From Candidatus Asbonarchaeum danakilense (GTDB taxonomy: Archaea > Nanohalarchaeota > Nanosalinia > Nanosalinales > Nanoanaerosalinaceae), in contig JAXINV010000021.1 in the NCBI GenBank assembly GCA_034190465.1, positions 1-41,119 on the forward strand: a stretch of 41,119 nt of DNA. The letters run 5' to 3'. Positions 1-9,443 of the stretch are shown piece by piece (positions within the stretch are counted from its first letter, which is position 1; each line of letters begins with the position of its first letter). The notes under the pieces were generated by a model. It did no database searches and was not told where the DNA came from. It worked only from the letters and a program-made list of their open reading frames with translations. Both the position numbers and the translations under genes were made by a program.

Positions 1-2
1 AG

Positions 3-168
3 TGGACTCGCGGGGATTTGAACCCCGGGCCTCCTGCTGTTCCGCGCTCGGTTCTCGGAAGGAACCTCGTCTCGAAGACCGGCGGTCTTCTCGAACCCGG
101 CTTCCCTTCCTGCGGTCGGAAAGCGGGTGTTGCGAAGCAGGCGTTCTGCCAGGCTGAACTACGAGCCC
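3..168 (-). tRNA. tRNA-Ala(CGC) with 92-nt intron at 37/38 (intron 39..130)
   Basis: Reverse complement reads GGGCTCGTAGTTCAGCCTGGCAGAACGCCTGCTTCGCA|intron|AGCAGGAGGCCCGGGGTTCAAATCCCCGCGAGTCCA. Acceptor stem has G3-U70; anticodon stem CCTGC/GCAGG; TTCG pairs with intron CGGA in a BHB-like motif. Confidence 0.93.
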
Positions 169-213
169 TTACGCTATACGTGTGCGAGGTAAAGCTTATG
201 AACGTGACCCGGG

Positions 214-1395
214 TCAAGGGTGGAGGTCGCGCTGCTGTAACGCCGTCCTGAGCCGGAAGTACAGCAGGGAGCTTCCGATCCCCGCTGCAGCGAGTGCGAC
301 GAAGACAGTACCGAGCCCGTACACGACCAGCAGCCCCATGGAAGCCGGTCCAAGCGTCTTCCCGATGTTCTGGAGAGTGGAGTTCAGTGCTACAGTCCCG
401 CCCCGGTGCTCCTGTTCGACGTTCTGTGTCAGCAAGCTCTTGTGCAGAGGGCTCAGCGCCGCATCCGCTAGCCCAATACCAAATATACAGGCGAGGACGA
501 CGCCGAGATGGCCCGTCAGCGCGATGATCAGGCATCCAGCGCCGATGACGAGCAGGGAAATGAACACCGAGGACGTCTTCCGGTACCTGGCATTGATAGC
601 GCCGGCGCCCGCTGACGTCACGATCCCGCCGAGCGAGAGCAGTCCCAGGTAGACACCGACCTCGCTAGAAGCCGCACCGAACCGCCGGACCAGGAGCAGG
701 GGCAGGAACGCAAGCAAACTGTACCGGACGAACATCCGCACGAACCCGATCGAGAGGTACAACCGGATGCGGGGGACCGATGCCACAGCACGGAGATCGT
801 GTATATACTCGCGTGGACGGCTGGAGGTACTGGCTGTCGAGGGGATGCCCCGGTAGATCGCCACCGCGAGCGGGATCATCACGAGGTAGACGAGGAACAC
901 GTTCCGCCACCCGAGCCCTGCGAGGATGCCTCCAAGCACTGTCCAGACGAGTCCTCCGACTTTGTTGAATGAAGTGCGGAGCCCCTGTGCCGTTGTCTCA
1001 CGGCCGTAGCTGTAGAAGTCGCCGAGCAGTGCCACGGTGGCCGGCATCACGCAGGCAAATCCTGCACCCTGGACGATACGGGCTGTGAGCAGTGCGTTGA
1101 ATCCCGGGGCGTAGAACGAGGCGAGGCCGCCGATACCCATCAGGAGGCTTCCAGTGGCCATGACCCGGTTCCGCCCGGCTGTATCGGCAAGAAATCCGGA
1201 TACAGGGGTTATGAAGACGGTCGGAAGGGTGAACGCGGTTATGAGCAACCCGATCCGTGCGTCCGACACCGAGAGACCGGTGGCGATTGCCGGTAGCGCC
1301 GGTGATAGTAAGTTCACCCCAGATACACAGAAGACGCTGCTTGCCACGACGATCAGGAATCGCCGATCGTTCAAAAGCCCATTGAACCGGTCCAT
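214..1395 (-). CDS. MFS transporter
   Basis: About 12 hydrophobic segments; motif-A-like GFLADTAGRNRV; ARIVQGAG. Start taken at ATG 1395. Confidence 0.88.
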   Translation of the reverse strand: MDRFNGLLNDRRFLIVVASSVFCVSGVNLLSPALPAIATGLSVSDARIGLLITAFTLPTVFITPVSGFLADTAGRNRVMATGSLLMGIGGLASFYAPGFNALLTARIVQGAGFACVMPATVALLGDFYSYGRETTAQGLRTSFNKVGGLVWTVLGGILAGLGWRNVFLVYLVMIPLAVAIYRGIPSTASTSSRPREYIHDLRAVASVPRIRLYLSIGFVRMFVRYSLLAFLPLLLVRRFGAASSEVGVYLGLLSLGGIVTSAGAGAINARYRKTSSVFISLLVIGAGCLIIALTGHLGVVLACIFGIGLADAALSPLHKSLLTQNVEQEHRGGTVALNSTLQNIGKTLGPASMGLLVVYGLGTVFVALAAAGIGSSLLYFRLRTALQQRDLHP

Positions 1396-1455
1396 CGCTA
1401 CCACGCGGCAGGTCTGACAACACGGCACCGATGCTTAAAAACGGCGTGTCTCAGG

Positions 1456-1758
1456 TCAGTCGGCATCGACCGGCGGCGACCGGATCGCCAGCAGGGTCAT
1501 CTCGCCCTCCAGCTCGTGCGCCTCCTCGCCGGCGAACACGACGTCCTCCGCGTCCAGCTCCACGATCCTGTCCGCCAGGTGGACGTGGCCCTCGCCCTCA
1601 AGCACGAAGTAGGCCGTCTCGTGGCCTCCGTCGACCTCGTGCGTGCCGTCGACGTCGATGAGCGTGAACGAGAAACTGGCAGCCGGGTTGACGTACTTCT
1701 TCAGCTCCGTCGTCCGGTCGGGTATGTACTCCTCCGCATCGGAGTGCTTGATCCTCAC
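1456..1758 (-). CDS. cupin-domain protein
   Basis: GTG start overlaps the upstream TGA; HET-x-YFVLEGEG...H cupin-like motif; acidic. Confidence 0.7.
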   Translation of the reverse strand: MRIKHSDAEEYIPDRTTELKKYVNPAASFSFTLIDVDGTHEVDGGHETAYFVLEGEGHVHLADRIVELDAEDVVFAGEEAHELEGEMTLLAIRSPPVDAD

Positions 1759-2366
1759 CGGAGCTCGACCTCCTCCCAGTCCTCGACACCGTCGTCGCCC
1801 AGCTCCACGGCGAAGCACTTGCCGGACTCCACGACCGCGCAGTTGAAGACATGGGTCTGCATGAAACTGTAGTGGCCGAACGCCTCGTGGATGTGGCCGC
1901 AGAACCAGGCAGCAGGTTTCAGCTTCATGATCAGCTGGCGGAAGCCTGTCATCCCGGCACGGTTGCCAGAGACCGTCGCATCGCCCAGGCGTTCGGGCGG
2001 GTAGTGGGACATAAACAGCAGCCGGCGGTCGTCGTGGCCGTCCACCCACTCCTCCAGATCGTCCTTGAAGTCGTCAGGGAAGACGGCGCCGATCGCACCG
2101 ATCTTGTACTCCTCCCAGTCGATCTTCATGTAGTTGAACAGGTCGTCGTAGTCGTCGTTCTCCGGTGGCGTGAAGTTGAAATCCCAGTTGCCGGTGCAGG
2201 CGAACATCGGGATCTCCACCCGTTCCTGCATGTCCTGGTAGTCGTCCGGGGTCACGAAGTCGCCGGGCGCGATGAACACATCGTAGTCACCGCTGTTCGC
2301 CTCCTCGACGACCGCATCGATCAGGTCGTCCTCCTCGTGGAAGTCCGCCGCTGCCAGAAGCTTCAT
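1755..2366 (-). CDS. calcineurin-like metallophosphoesterase
   Basis: ADFH, PGD, GNWD, SHYPP and CGHIHE motifs. Confidence 0.9.
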   Translation of the reverse strand: MKLLAAADFHEEDDLIDAVVEEANSGDYDVFIAPGDFVTPDDYQDMQERVEIPMFACTGNWDFNFTPPENDDYDDLFNYMKIDWEEYKIGAIGAVFPDDFKDDLEEWVDGHDDRRLLFMSHYPPERLGDATVSGNRAGMTGFRQLIMKLKPAAWFCGHIHEAFGHYSFMQTHVFNCAVVESGKCFAVELGDDGVEDWEEVELR

Positions 2367-2417
2367 CTTGAGTCCACCTTACACGGCAGTGTTTAAAAAA
2401 GAGGGGACGGGGCGGGA

Positions 2418-3230
2418 TCACTCCCGCAGCTCGATGCTGTCCCCGGCAATCGTCATCGTCGGGTACGGCATGTCGATGCCCGCCTCGTCGAACCGGTCCT
2501 TAACCTGCCGGAGGACCTCTTCCTTGATCGTCATGAACTTCGCCCGCTTCGGGTCATCGACCCAGTACCGGGCCTTGAAGTCGACCGTGGAGTCGCCCAG
2601 CCCGACCAGCTTGATATCCGGCGCGGGCTCATCCGCGATCTTGTCGTTGTCCTCCAGGATCTCCTGGACAATCTGCTTCGCCTCGTCGATGTCGTCCTCG
2701 TAGCCGATCCCGATAGAGAGCTGGACGCGGAGCTGGTCGTTGGCCACTGGGTTCTTGATCGTCGTGTTCGCCAGCTTGTCGTTCGGCACTGTCAGAAGCT
2801 CGTTGTCGAACGTCTCGACCTTCGTCGTCCGGACGCGGATGTCCTCGACCCTGCCCTTCTGGTCGTCCCACTCGATCCAGTCACCGATCTGGAACGGCTT
2901 GTCGACCAGCAGAAAGACGCCGGAGACCGCCGCAGAGATCGTATCCTGCATCGCGAAGCCGATCGCCAGCGTGCCGGCGGCCACGACGGCCCCGAACACG
3001 CCGAGGACCTGGCCGTAGCCGGAGGCCGACAGTCCCGCGACAAGTCCGACAAGTATCGTAATATAGAGCACAGCACGCGACACCGGGCCGCGGAGCGTCG
3101 TGCTCTTCCGCTTCACCAGCACCCCGACAGCGGGCTTGACCACGAGTTTGCCGAGAAGGTATGCAACGACCGTGAACGCCACCAGCGTCAGCGGGCCGAC
3201 AGCCCACTGCGGTACTGCTCCGTGGAACAT
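2418..3230 (-). CDS. mscS: small-conductance mechanosensitive channel
   Basis: Three TM helices, AIGFAMQD, KPFQIGDWI, G-V-DI-VRTT, VPN, GIDMPYP. Start trimmed to ATG 3230. Confidence 0.92.
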   Translation of the reverse strand: MFHGAVPQWAVGPLTLVAFTVVAYLLGKLVVKPAVGVLVKRKSTTLRGPVSRAVLYITILVGLVAGLSASGYGQVLGVFGAVVAAGTLAIGFAMQDTISAAVSGVFLLVDKPFQIGDWIEWDDQKGRVEDIRVRTTKVETFDNELLTVPNDKLANTTIKNPVANDQLRVQLSIGIGYEDDIDEAKQIVQEILEDNDKIADEPAPDIKLVGLGDSTVDFKARYWVDDPKRAKFMTIKEEVLRQVKDRFDEAGIDMPYPTMTIAGDSIELRE

Positions 3231-3377
3231 GTTCTCCACACCGTCACGCAATCTTAAAAGCAGGGCGGCGGTAGCCAGACCATCACCCAGTTTTACGTTT
3301 TTCGTAGAAAAAGAAGATATATTGCAGCTATATCGAAGTTTATTTAAAATTCCTCGCTGCATAGGACAGTGATACCC

Positions 3378-3752
3378 ATGTTCCGAGGATCATACACCGA
3401 AATGGAACCCACAGCACCGGACGAACTGCGCGCACTCGACACCCTGCCGGCAGGCAGCCTCGACGACCTGACGGCGGAGCACAGGCGGACACGGGACTGG
3501 CCGCACTTCGAGGGCCTGGACCACATCTACACCGTCACCATCCCGCTCGACGGGGAGGACTACCCGGTCGCGGTCAAGGTCGAGCAGCCGGACTACCGGG
3601 ACGAAGTCGAGGTCTCCGTGTTCCAGTACGACCCCGTCCCCGACTACGACAGCGAGCCGGACGGCTACGCGGAGTACGACCTGACGATCGACGACCCGCC
3701 ATCGGCCGAAACCGTCGAAGCACTGACACGGGAGACGCTGCAGGAGCTGTGA
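3378..3752 (+). CDS. hypothetical acidic protein
   Basis: Host-like codon usage, acidic, AT-rich TATA region upstream. Confidence 0.65.
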   Translation: MFRGSYTEMEPTAPDELRALDTLPAGSLDDLTAEHRRTRDWPHFEGLDHIYTVTIPLDGEDYPVAVKVEQPDYRDEVEVSVFQYDPVPDYDSEPDGYAEYDLTIDDPPSAETVEALTRETLQEL

Positions 3753-4111
3753 CGATGGAGCTGGAGGACACGGTCCTGCTGAGCCGCGGCTACACACGGG
3801 GCGTGGACGACGACCGGTTCTACGAGCACCGCACCGGCTACTTCGAGATGGATGACGGCTCCCGGTACGGCTTCAAGGCGGTCGAGACCGATTTCGGGTT
3901 CGCCGCCGACCACCGCGAGCTGCGGGACGATCCTCCAGCGTACGCCGTCAGGACGCAGGAGCACGAGCTCGAGCCCGACGACCCGATCCCGGGACTCGCG
4001 GAGGATGACCTGGAGCAGTACGGTACCTGGCTGGCCGTTGAACACACCGTCGAAGGAGAAGAACACGCTGCACGGTACCAGGAACAGGCAACCATCGCCG
4101 CCGACGACTGA
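3749..4111 (+). CDS. hypothetical acidic protein
   Basis: Overlaps the previous stop (GTGA); acidic composition. Confidence 0.65.
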   Translation: MTMELEDTVLLSRGYTRGVDDDRFYEHRTGYFEMDDGSRYGFKAVETDFGFAADHRELRDDPPAYAVRTQEHELEPDDPIPGLAEDDLEQYGTWLAVEHTVEGEEHAARYQEQATIAADD

Positions 4112-4112
4112 G

Positions 4113-4514
4113 TCAGGTCTGCCGATGCTTGAGGACGGTGTACGTCCGCGTGTCCCTGACACCGTCGATCCCACGGATCGTGTCCAGCGTGTCGTTGAGC
4201 TCGTCGACCGTGGCGCGGGAGAACCGGAGCACCAGGTCATGCTCCCCGGCGATCTCGTAGACCGTGATGCCCTGCGGGAACGCGTCGACGACGTCGTCGA
4301 TCGCGTGGTCCGTCGAGAGATCGACCATCACCAGCGCGGTCGAACCCTGGTTGGTTTCCACGGTGAACCGCTGGATGACGCCCTCCTCCTCCATCGCCTG
4401 GACCCGGTTCCGTACCGTTCCCTCGGAGACGCCTATCTCGTCCGCGATCTCGGTGTACGGGGCGCGGCCGTCGTCCGCCAGGATCCGGAGGATCTCCCTG
4501 TCTCGTTCGTCCAT
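4113..4514 (-). CDS. Lrp/AsnC family transcriptional regulator
   Basis: MDERDREIL..L..DGR..YTEIA..IGVSEGTVRNRV HTH followed by a RAM domain (IAGEHD). Confidence 0.93.
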   Translation of the reverse strand: MDERDREILRILADDGRAPYTEIADEIGVSEGTVRNRVQAMEEEGVIQRFTVETNQGSTALVMVDLSTDHAIDDVVDAFPQGITVYEIAGEHDLVLRFSRATVDELNDTLDTIRGIDGVRDTRTYTVLKHRQT

Positions 4515-4592
4515 GCCCGTAGCGTGCGGTGGGAAACCTTAAAACCGCTGCGATTCTCGAAGGATTCCATCCCGATCCCGGGGACACCTTCT

Positions 4593-4748
4593 CCCCACGA
4601 CATCAGCGGACGGGACGAACTGCAGAACGCCGAACCGGAGCTGCCGCTGGACGAAGAGCTGCACGGGTTCTACGAGAACGACGAAGAATTCCGCGAGTTC
4701 TGCGACCAGGTAGGCGTCGAAATCCCGGAAGGCCTTGAACCCGCCTGA
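4593..4748 (+). pseudogene. start-less acidic coding remnant
   Basis: In-frame acidic peptide (PHDISGRDELQNAEPELPLDEELHGFYENDEEF...) with host-like codons but no nearby start codon. Confidence 0.35.
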
Positions 4749-6119
4749 TTAGAACACATACTGCTCGCCATCGGTCGCGCCGTCCGGCACACAGGTGATC
4801 GTGAACCTGGAATTCCCGAGCTCTGCCGTGTATTCCGCAGCGACCCCGTCCTCTCGTTCCTCGACACGGTCCTCATCGACGTGGTCGAACGTGTCCTCAA
4901 GCTCGTCGACGAACGAGCGGTACTCCGTGACCGGGATGTCCTCGAAATCGTCCGATTCGACGACGAGGGAAACGGTATCGTAGTCCGTCGTCTCCAGCAC
5001 ACTGCCCGTCACCTTGAGGTCCCGTTCCTCCGCATCGAGTTCGCCGTAGACGTCCCTGACGGTCTGACGGTCGCCGGGTGTGAGATGGACCTGTTCCCAC
5101 CCCACCGTCGCATCGTCAGGATCATCGCCGCGCTGATCATGGAAGTCCCTGATGTGGTAGGCCCTACCCGCCTCGATCGCGTCATCGAGCGTTTCGATGT
5201 GGCTGTACTGGTCCGTTATGAATGCCTCCTCCGCAACTTCGTCCGCATAGGCCTCCGTGTCCGTGATGTCGATCAGGAGCTGGTAGAACTTTCCATCGAG
5301 CGCATCCTCCCGTACCGTCACCATATCCTCGTACAGTTCGTCGGGGTCGACAGGGAGCTCATCGGCGTCAAGCTCGGGATCGTCTTCGAGGAGTTTCCTC
5401 AGGTACTCCGGCTCCGCACCGACGATCTCCTCCAGCTCGCCCGCGTCGATCCGGCGGTGATCGGGGTCAATGAGGTAGACGTTGTCACGCAGCTCCTCCT
5501 TCCGCTCGACGACGGTCGCGTCAGAGGGCAGTTCGCCCGGATCCATCTCCGTCATCCCCAGTGGCTGCATAACGTGCTTGTTCACCGACTTGGACGCGCT
5601 GTACTTCAGACTCTTGCCGATCTCTCCGGGAGAATAGGTCTCCATGATGTTCCTGGCCCCGTGCTGGATCAGGGCGGCGGACGACATGAAGACGCCGCCC
5701 TCGATCAGCAGGGAGAAGCCTGGAGCAGGGCTTCCGAACGTCATGATGTAGCTGGGCGCGCCGACGAGCACGCCCGCGCCTGCGCCGATCTTGGCGAGGT
5801 CGTTCTTCTCTTCCTGCAGTATCATCCTGGCCGCGTTCTCCGACTCGGCGGCGATATCACTGATCGTATCGTCCACGATCTCCGCCATCTCCCCGATACC
5901 CGTCTCCTGATCAGCCCTGAACTGGGGCTTCGTGTATCCGAGCTCCTTCTCCGTAACGTGTTCCGCCGGGATCAGGTCCTCGACGTCGCCGTGATTGCCC
6001 CAGACCTCATCGATATAGGCGGGGAGGACGTACTCCTCAAGCTCCGCTGTTGACGTGTCAATAGGCTCGTCGAGGAGCGCCTGAATCTCCTCCTCCTTCA
6101 GGTCATCGTCCGTCGCCAT
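4749..6119 (-). CDS. hypothetical acidic protein with 1-2 membrane segments
   Basis: Long, very acidic ORF with a hydrophobic hairpin (IGAGAGVLVGAP...LLIEGGVFMSSAALI). Start at ATG 6119. Confidence 0.75.
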   Translation of the reverse strand: MATDDDLKEEEIQALLDEPIDTSTAELEEYVLPAYIDEVWGNHGDVEDLIPAEHVTEKELGYTKPQFRADQETGIGEMAEIVDDTISDIAAESENAARMILQEEKNDLAKIGAGAGVLVGAPSYIMTFGSPAPGFSLLIEGGVFMSSAALIQHGARNIMETYSPGEIGKSLKYSASKSVNKHVMQPLGMTEMDPGELPSDATVVERKEELRDNVYLIDPDHRRIDAGELEEIVGAEPEYLRKLLEDDPELDADELPVDPDELYEDMVTVREDALDGKFYQLLIDITDTEAYADEVAEEAFITDQYSHIETLDDAIEAGRAYHIRDFHDQRGDDPDDATVGWEQVHLTPGDRQTVRDVYGELDAEERDLKVTGSVLETTDYDTVSLVVESDDFEDIPVTEYRSFVDELEDTFDHVDEDRVEEREDGVAAEYTAELGNSRFTITCVPDGATDGEQYVF

Positions 6120-6226
6120 GGCCGTAGTTACTGTAAGGTAGCTACTTAAAGCTGGTGGTTGTGGTGTCCCCCCTGCACCAGATTCCTCTTTAAGCAACGC
6201 CGCCGCATCCTGTCCCGGTGCCCGGT

Positions 6227-6670
6227 ATGGGATCTGACGACCTGTACGAACGACGGGGACGGCTGGCGGACGACGTCAGGCAGTACGTGACCGACCACGC
6301 GGAAACACGAGGATTCTCACACGGCTACACCGAGCTGACCGACGACGTCTACCTGGACCCGGCCGAGGAAGAACTGATCGACGCAGGATCGGTCCAGGTC
6401 GCGACCGACGGCGCCACAGAGGAGACAGCGGTCGAGTACCTGGAGCAGGAAGGCAGACTGTCCGAGTACCAGCTCAGGGAGCTTCTGGAGGACGAGATGT
6501 ACATGGACCTGGACATCGACCGGGCGCTCAACAGCCTCCCCGAGAAGGACAACGTCCGGTCCAGCGGCGGCACGTACCGGCTCGACACCGATCCGGAGCC
6601 CGCCTCCGACGGCCAGGTCCTCCGGCTGCTCGACGAGGAGGAGGGGATCGACACGTTGCTGGAGCCCTGA
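6227..6670 (+). CDS. hypothetical acidic protein
   Basis: Acidic ORF with TTTAAG upstream. Confidence 0.65.
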   Translation: MGSDDLYERRGRLADDVRQYVTDHAETRGFSHGYTELTDDVYLDPAEEELIDAGSVQVATDGATEETAVEYLEQEGRLSEYQLRELLEDEMYMDLDIDRALNSLPEKDNVRSSGGTYRLDTDPEPASDGQVLRLLDEEEGIDTLLEP

Positions 6671-6753
6671 GACGGGTTCCACGTAGCGGTACCGCACCTT
6701 CAGTCGGTTGGCGAAGCCAACCGGCTCCCTCTACTCGCGAGGCGTGCGAGTGA

Positions 6754-6936
6754 TGGTCCCTCCGGGTCTCGAACCCGGGACCGCCGCCTCTCTCACGACT
6801 GGCGTCCCAGTCGACAGGACGGTCGCGTTCCGATGGAACGCTCCGCCGCTGCGCGGACGGTTGAATCGCGCCGTAACAAGATAGAGACGCGATGTCCGTA
6901 TAAGGACGGTGCTCTAACCAACTGAGCTAAGGGACC
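6754..6936 (-). tRNA. tRNA-Ile(UAU) with 109-nt intron at 37/38 (intron 6790..6898)
   Basis: GGTCCCTTAGCTCAGTTGGTTAGAGCACCGTCCTTATA|intron|AGGCGGCGGTCCCGGGTTCGAGACCCGGAGGGACCA. Spliced loop is CT-TAT-AA; CTTA pairs with intron TGAG (BHB-like). Confidence 0.9.
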
Positions 6937-6943
6937 TTATGAC

Positions 6944-7118
6944 AGACCGCTTCGACCTGAAGGTCACCTGCGGTCCACTCTCGCTTTAGCTCGAGTCCGT
7001 CGCAGGGTTCTCATGAACCCTGCTGTACTGCCAACTGCTACGGCAGTTGTCGGCGAGGGGCGATGAACGGGTTCGCGGGGCGAACCCGGTTGCAGCCATT
7101 CGTTTCCTTCCCTCGCAA
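6944..7118 (-). ncRNA. candidate structured RNA/leader upstream of tRNA-Ile
   Basis: Back-to-back hairpins (GACCGC..GCGGTC, GCAGGGTTC/GAACCCTGC, CAACTGC/GCAGTTG, GCGAGGG..CCCTCGC enclosing CGGGTTCGC/GCGAACCCG); TTTAAA at ~7144-7149. Confidence 0.4.
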
Positions 7119-7387
7119 TCTGTGGCAAGACTGCCGGCCAAGGTTTAAATCGGTTGGTCAACGTGGGCGGCCACGACCCTTCACACAGCCATCCCAGAGT
7201 TACAGCCAAAAGGCCACTCCATCCTCGCAAAGCCGCCATCAATCGGCCGTAACACCGATATACGGCCCGCAAAACCCGACAAACACCGCAACAGTTATAA
7301 AGTCTGGACCGCTGACATCTTTAAGAAAGTTGATGGTCATAGAGGTAGTGGAATTCTACCAACCCCGTACGTACACGGTGATTCATC

Positions 7388-9058
7388 ATGGCACAGCTAG
7401 GAGGACAACCGATTTTGGTAATGTCAGAAGACGCACAGCGTCAAACGGGCAAGGACGCCCAGGAGAATAACATCAACGCATGCAAATCAGTAGCTAACGC
7501 AGTCAGGACCACGCTCGGTCCCAAGGGGATGGACAAGATGATGGTCGACTCCATCGGCGACCTCGTCGTCACCAACGACGGCGTCACCATCCTCGACGAG
7601 ATGGATCTCGAGCATCCCGCGGCCAAGATGATGGTCGAGATCGCGCAGACACAGGACGAAGAGGTCGGCGACGGCACCACCACCGCCGTCGTCATCGCAG
7701 GCGAGCTGCTCAAAGAGGCAGAAGACCTGCTCGACCAGGACATCCACCCAACGGTCATCTCATCCGGCTACCGGCTCGCCAAGGAGCGGGCGCTCGAGGT
7801 GCTGGACGATGTCGCAGAGGATGTCGACTTCGACGACCGCGACAAGCTCGTCTCCGTCGCCAAGACAGCGATGACAGGCAAGTCGGCCGAGACGAATAAA
7901 GAATACCTCGCCGACCTGGCAGTCGACGCCGTCAGGCAGGTCGCCAGCAAGGACAGCGAACTCGACCGCGACCTGATCAAGATGGTCAAGAGCCAGGGCG
8001 GCTCCGTCGACGACACAGAGCTCGTCGAAGGCGTCATCATCGACAAGGAGAAGGTCCACCCGGACATGCCCGACGAGGCAGACGACGCCCGGATCGCACT
8101 GATCAACACCGCCGTCGAGGTCCAGGAGACCGAGACCTCTGCCGAGATCCAGATCAACGACCCGAACAAGCTCCAGGAGTTCGTCAACCAGGAGGAGGAA
8201 TCCCTCAAGGAGATGGTCGAACAGATCAAGGCATCCGGCGCCAACGTCGTCTTCTGCCAGAAAGGCATCGACGACATCGCACAGCACTACCTCGCGAAGA
8301 ACGGCATCATCGCCGTCCGGCGCGTCAAGCAGTCCGACATGGAGAAGCTGTCCAAGGCGACCGGCGCCAAGATCGTCAACAGCCTCCCCGATCTCAGCGA
8401 GGACGATCTCGGCACTGCCGGCCGTGTCAGGCAGCGTAACGTCTCCGGCGACAGCATGATGTTCATCGAGGACATCGACAGCGCCGAGTCTGTCAGCCTG
8501 CTCATCCGTGGCGGCACCGAGCACGTCGTCGACGAAGTCGAGCGAGCGTTCGAGGACGCACTCGGCTCCATCACAGCAGCGCTCCGCCACGGCAAGATCG
8601 TCGGCGGCGGTGGCGCGACCGAGGTCGAGGTCGCCAAAGAGCTCAAGGACTACGCCGACTCCGTCGGCGGCCGTGAGCAGCTGGCGATCACCGCGTTCGC
8701 CGAGGCCCTCGAGGTCATCCCGCGGACGCTGGCTGAGAACGCCGGCCTGGACCCGATCGACGTCCTTGTCGACCTGCGGACCAAGCACGAAGACGGCAAC
8801 ACCTGGTCCGGCATCGACGTCATGACCGGCAACTCCGAGGACCTGTTCAGCCAGCACGTCGTCGAGCCGCTGCAGACCAAGACGCAGGCACTCCAGTCCG
8901 CGTCCGAGTCCGCAGAGCTCATCCTGCGGATCGACGACGTCATCTCCGCCTCCGGCTTCGACGGCGAAGGCGGCGGTGACGAGGCAGGCGGTCCACCCGC
9001 CGGTGGCGCCCCAGGCGGCGGCATGGGCGGAATGGGCGGCATGGGGGGCATGATGTAA
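7388..9058 (+). CDS. ths: thermosome (group II chaperonin) subunit
   Basis: [25 protein letters not shown] and a GGM-repeat tail. Confidence 0.98.
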   Translation: MAQLGGQPILVMSEDAQRQTGKDAQENNINACKSVANAVRTTLGPKGMDKMMVDSIGDLVVTNDGVTILDEMDLEHPAAKMMVEIAQTQDEEVGDGTTTAVVIAGELLKEAEDLLDQDIHPTVISSGYRLAKERALEVLDDVAEDVDFDDRDKLVSVAKTAMTGKSAETNKEYLADLAVDAVRQVASKDSELDRDLIKMVKSQGGSVDDTELVEGVIIDKEKVHPDMPDEADDARIALINTAVEVQETETSAEIQINDPNKLQEFVNQEEESLKEMVEQIKASGANVVFCQKGIDDIAQHYLAKNGIIAVRRVKQSDMEKLSKATGAKIVNSLPDLSEDDLGTAGRVRQRNVSGDSMMFIEDIDSAESVSLLIRGGTEHVVDEVERAFEDALGSITAALRHGKIVGGGGATEVEVAKELKDYADSVGGREQLAITAFAEALEVIPRTLAENAGLDPIDVLVDLRTKHEDGNTWSGIDVMTGNSEDLFSQHVVEPLQTKTQALQSASESAELILRIDDVISASGFDGEGGGDEAGGPPAGGAPGGGMGGMGGMGGMM

Positions 9059-9194
9059 GGCATTAGCCTTACAAATGCCTTCCCTTCGAAGAAAATCCGC
9101 CAGGATTTTCGGGCATGGGCGGAATGATGTGATCATTCCGGCCTTCGAGAAGCGCGAGCTTCGAGCATGGGAGGCAGGATGTAGCCTCCGTACC
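9038..9194 (+). repeat. triplicated thermosome 3' end with fold-back copies and hairpins
   Basis: GGCATGGGGGGCATGATGTAA (9038-9058), GGCATGGGCGGAATGATGTGA (9112-9132), AGCATGGGAGGCAGGATGTAG (9164-9184). Hairpins at 9091-9110 and 9149-9162. Confidence 0.85.
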
Positions 9195-9443
9195 GGCCAT
9201 CACATGGCGGGGTCCTCCCCGCCACCTTTTCCCCTCTTTTTCTTCCCTCCAGTTCATCTTCCAGTGTGCATCGCTCAGCAGCCGTTCCGCAGCGACGGGA
9301 CCGCGGTCGATCAGGAAGCTCCCAGAACGAAACACCGCAAAGCGGCAGGAACCGGACGGGAAAGCACAGCACCGGTGGGTAAGTTATTTATAGAGGGCCA
9401 CCGTATTTGGTGACTGTAAAAGCCCTAGCTAGGTTGATTCATT

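Noticed and set aside
6653..6750. Fold-back at the end of ORF 6227-6670 as a fourth cassette
   Set aside because: An inverted copy is present (TGGAGCCC/GGGTTCCA), but there is no downstream direct copy or GAA..TTC cap; it may be an ordinary 3' hairpin.
6790..6898. Box C/D guide or homing endonuclease in the tRNA-Ile intron
   Set aside because: No RUGAUGA/CUGA pair and too short for an endonuclease ORF.
7760..9136. Long antisense ORF (also 4881-6053, 35469-36542, 31983-33077 and similar)
   Set aside because: Shadow or alternative-frame ORFs of real genes, expected in high-GC DNA with biased codons.
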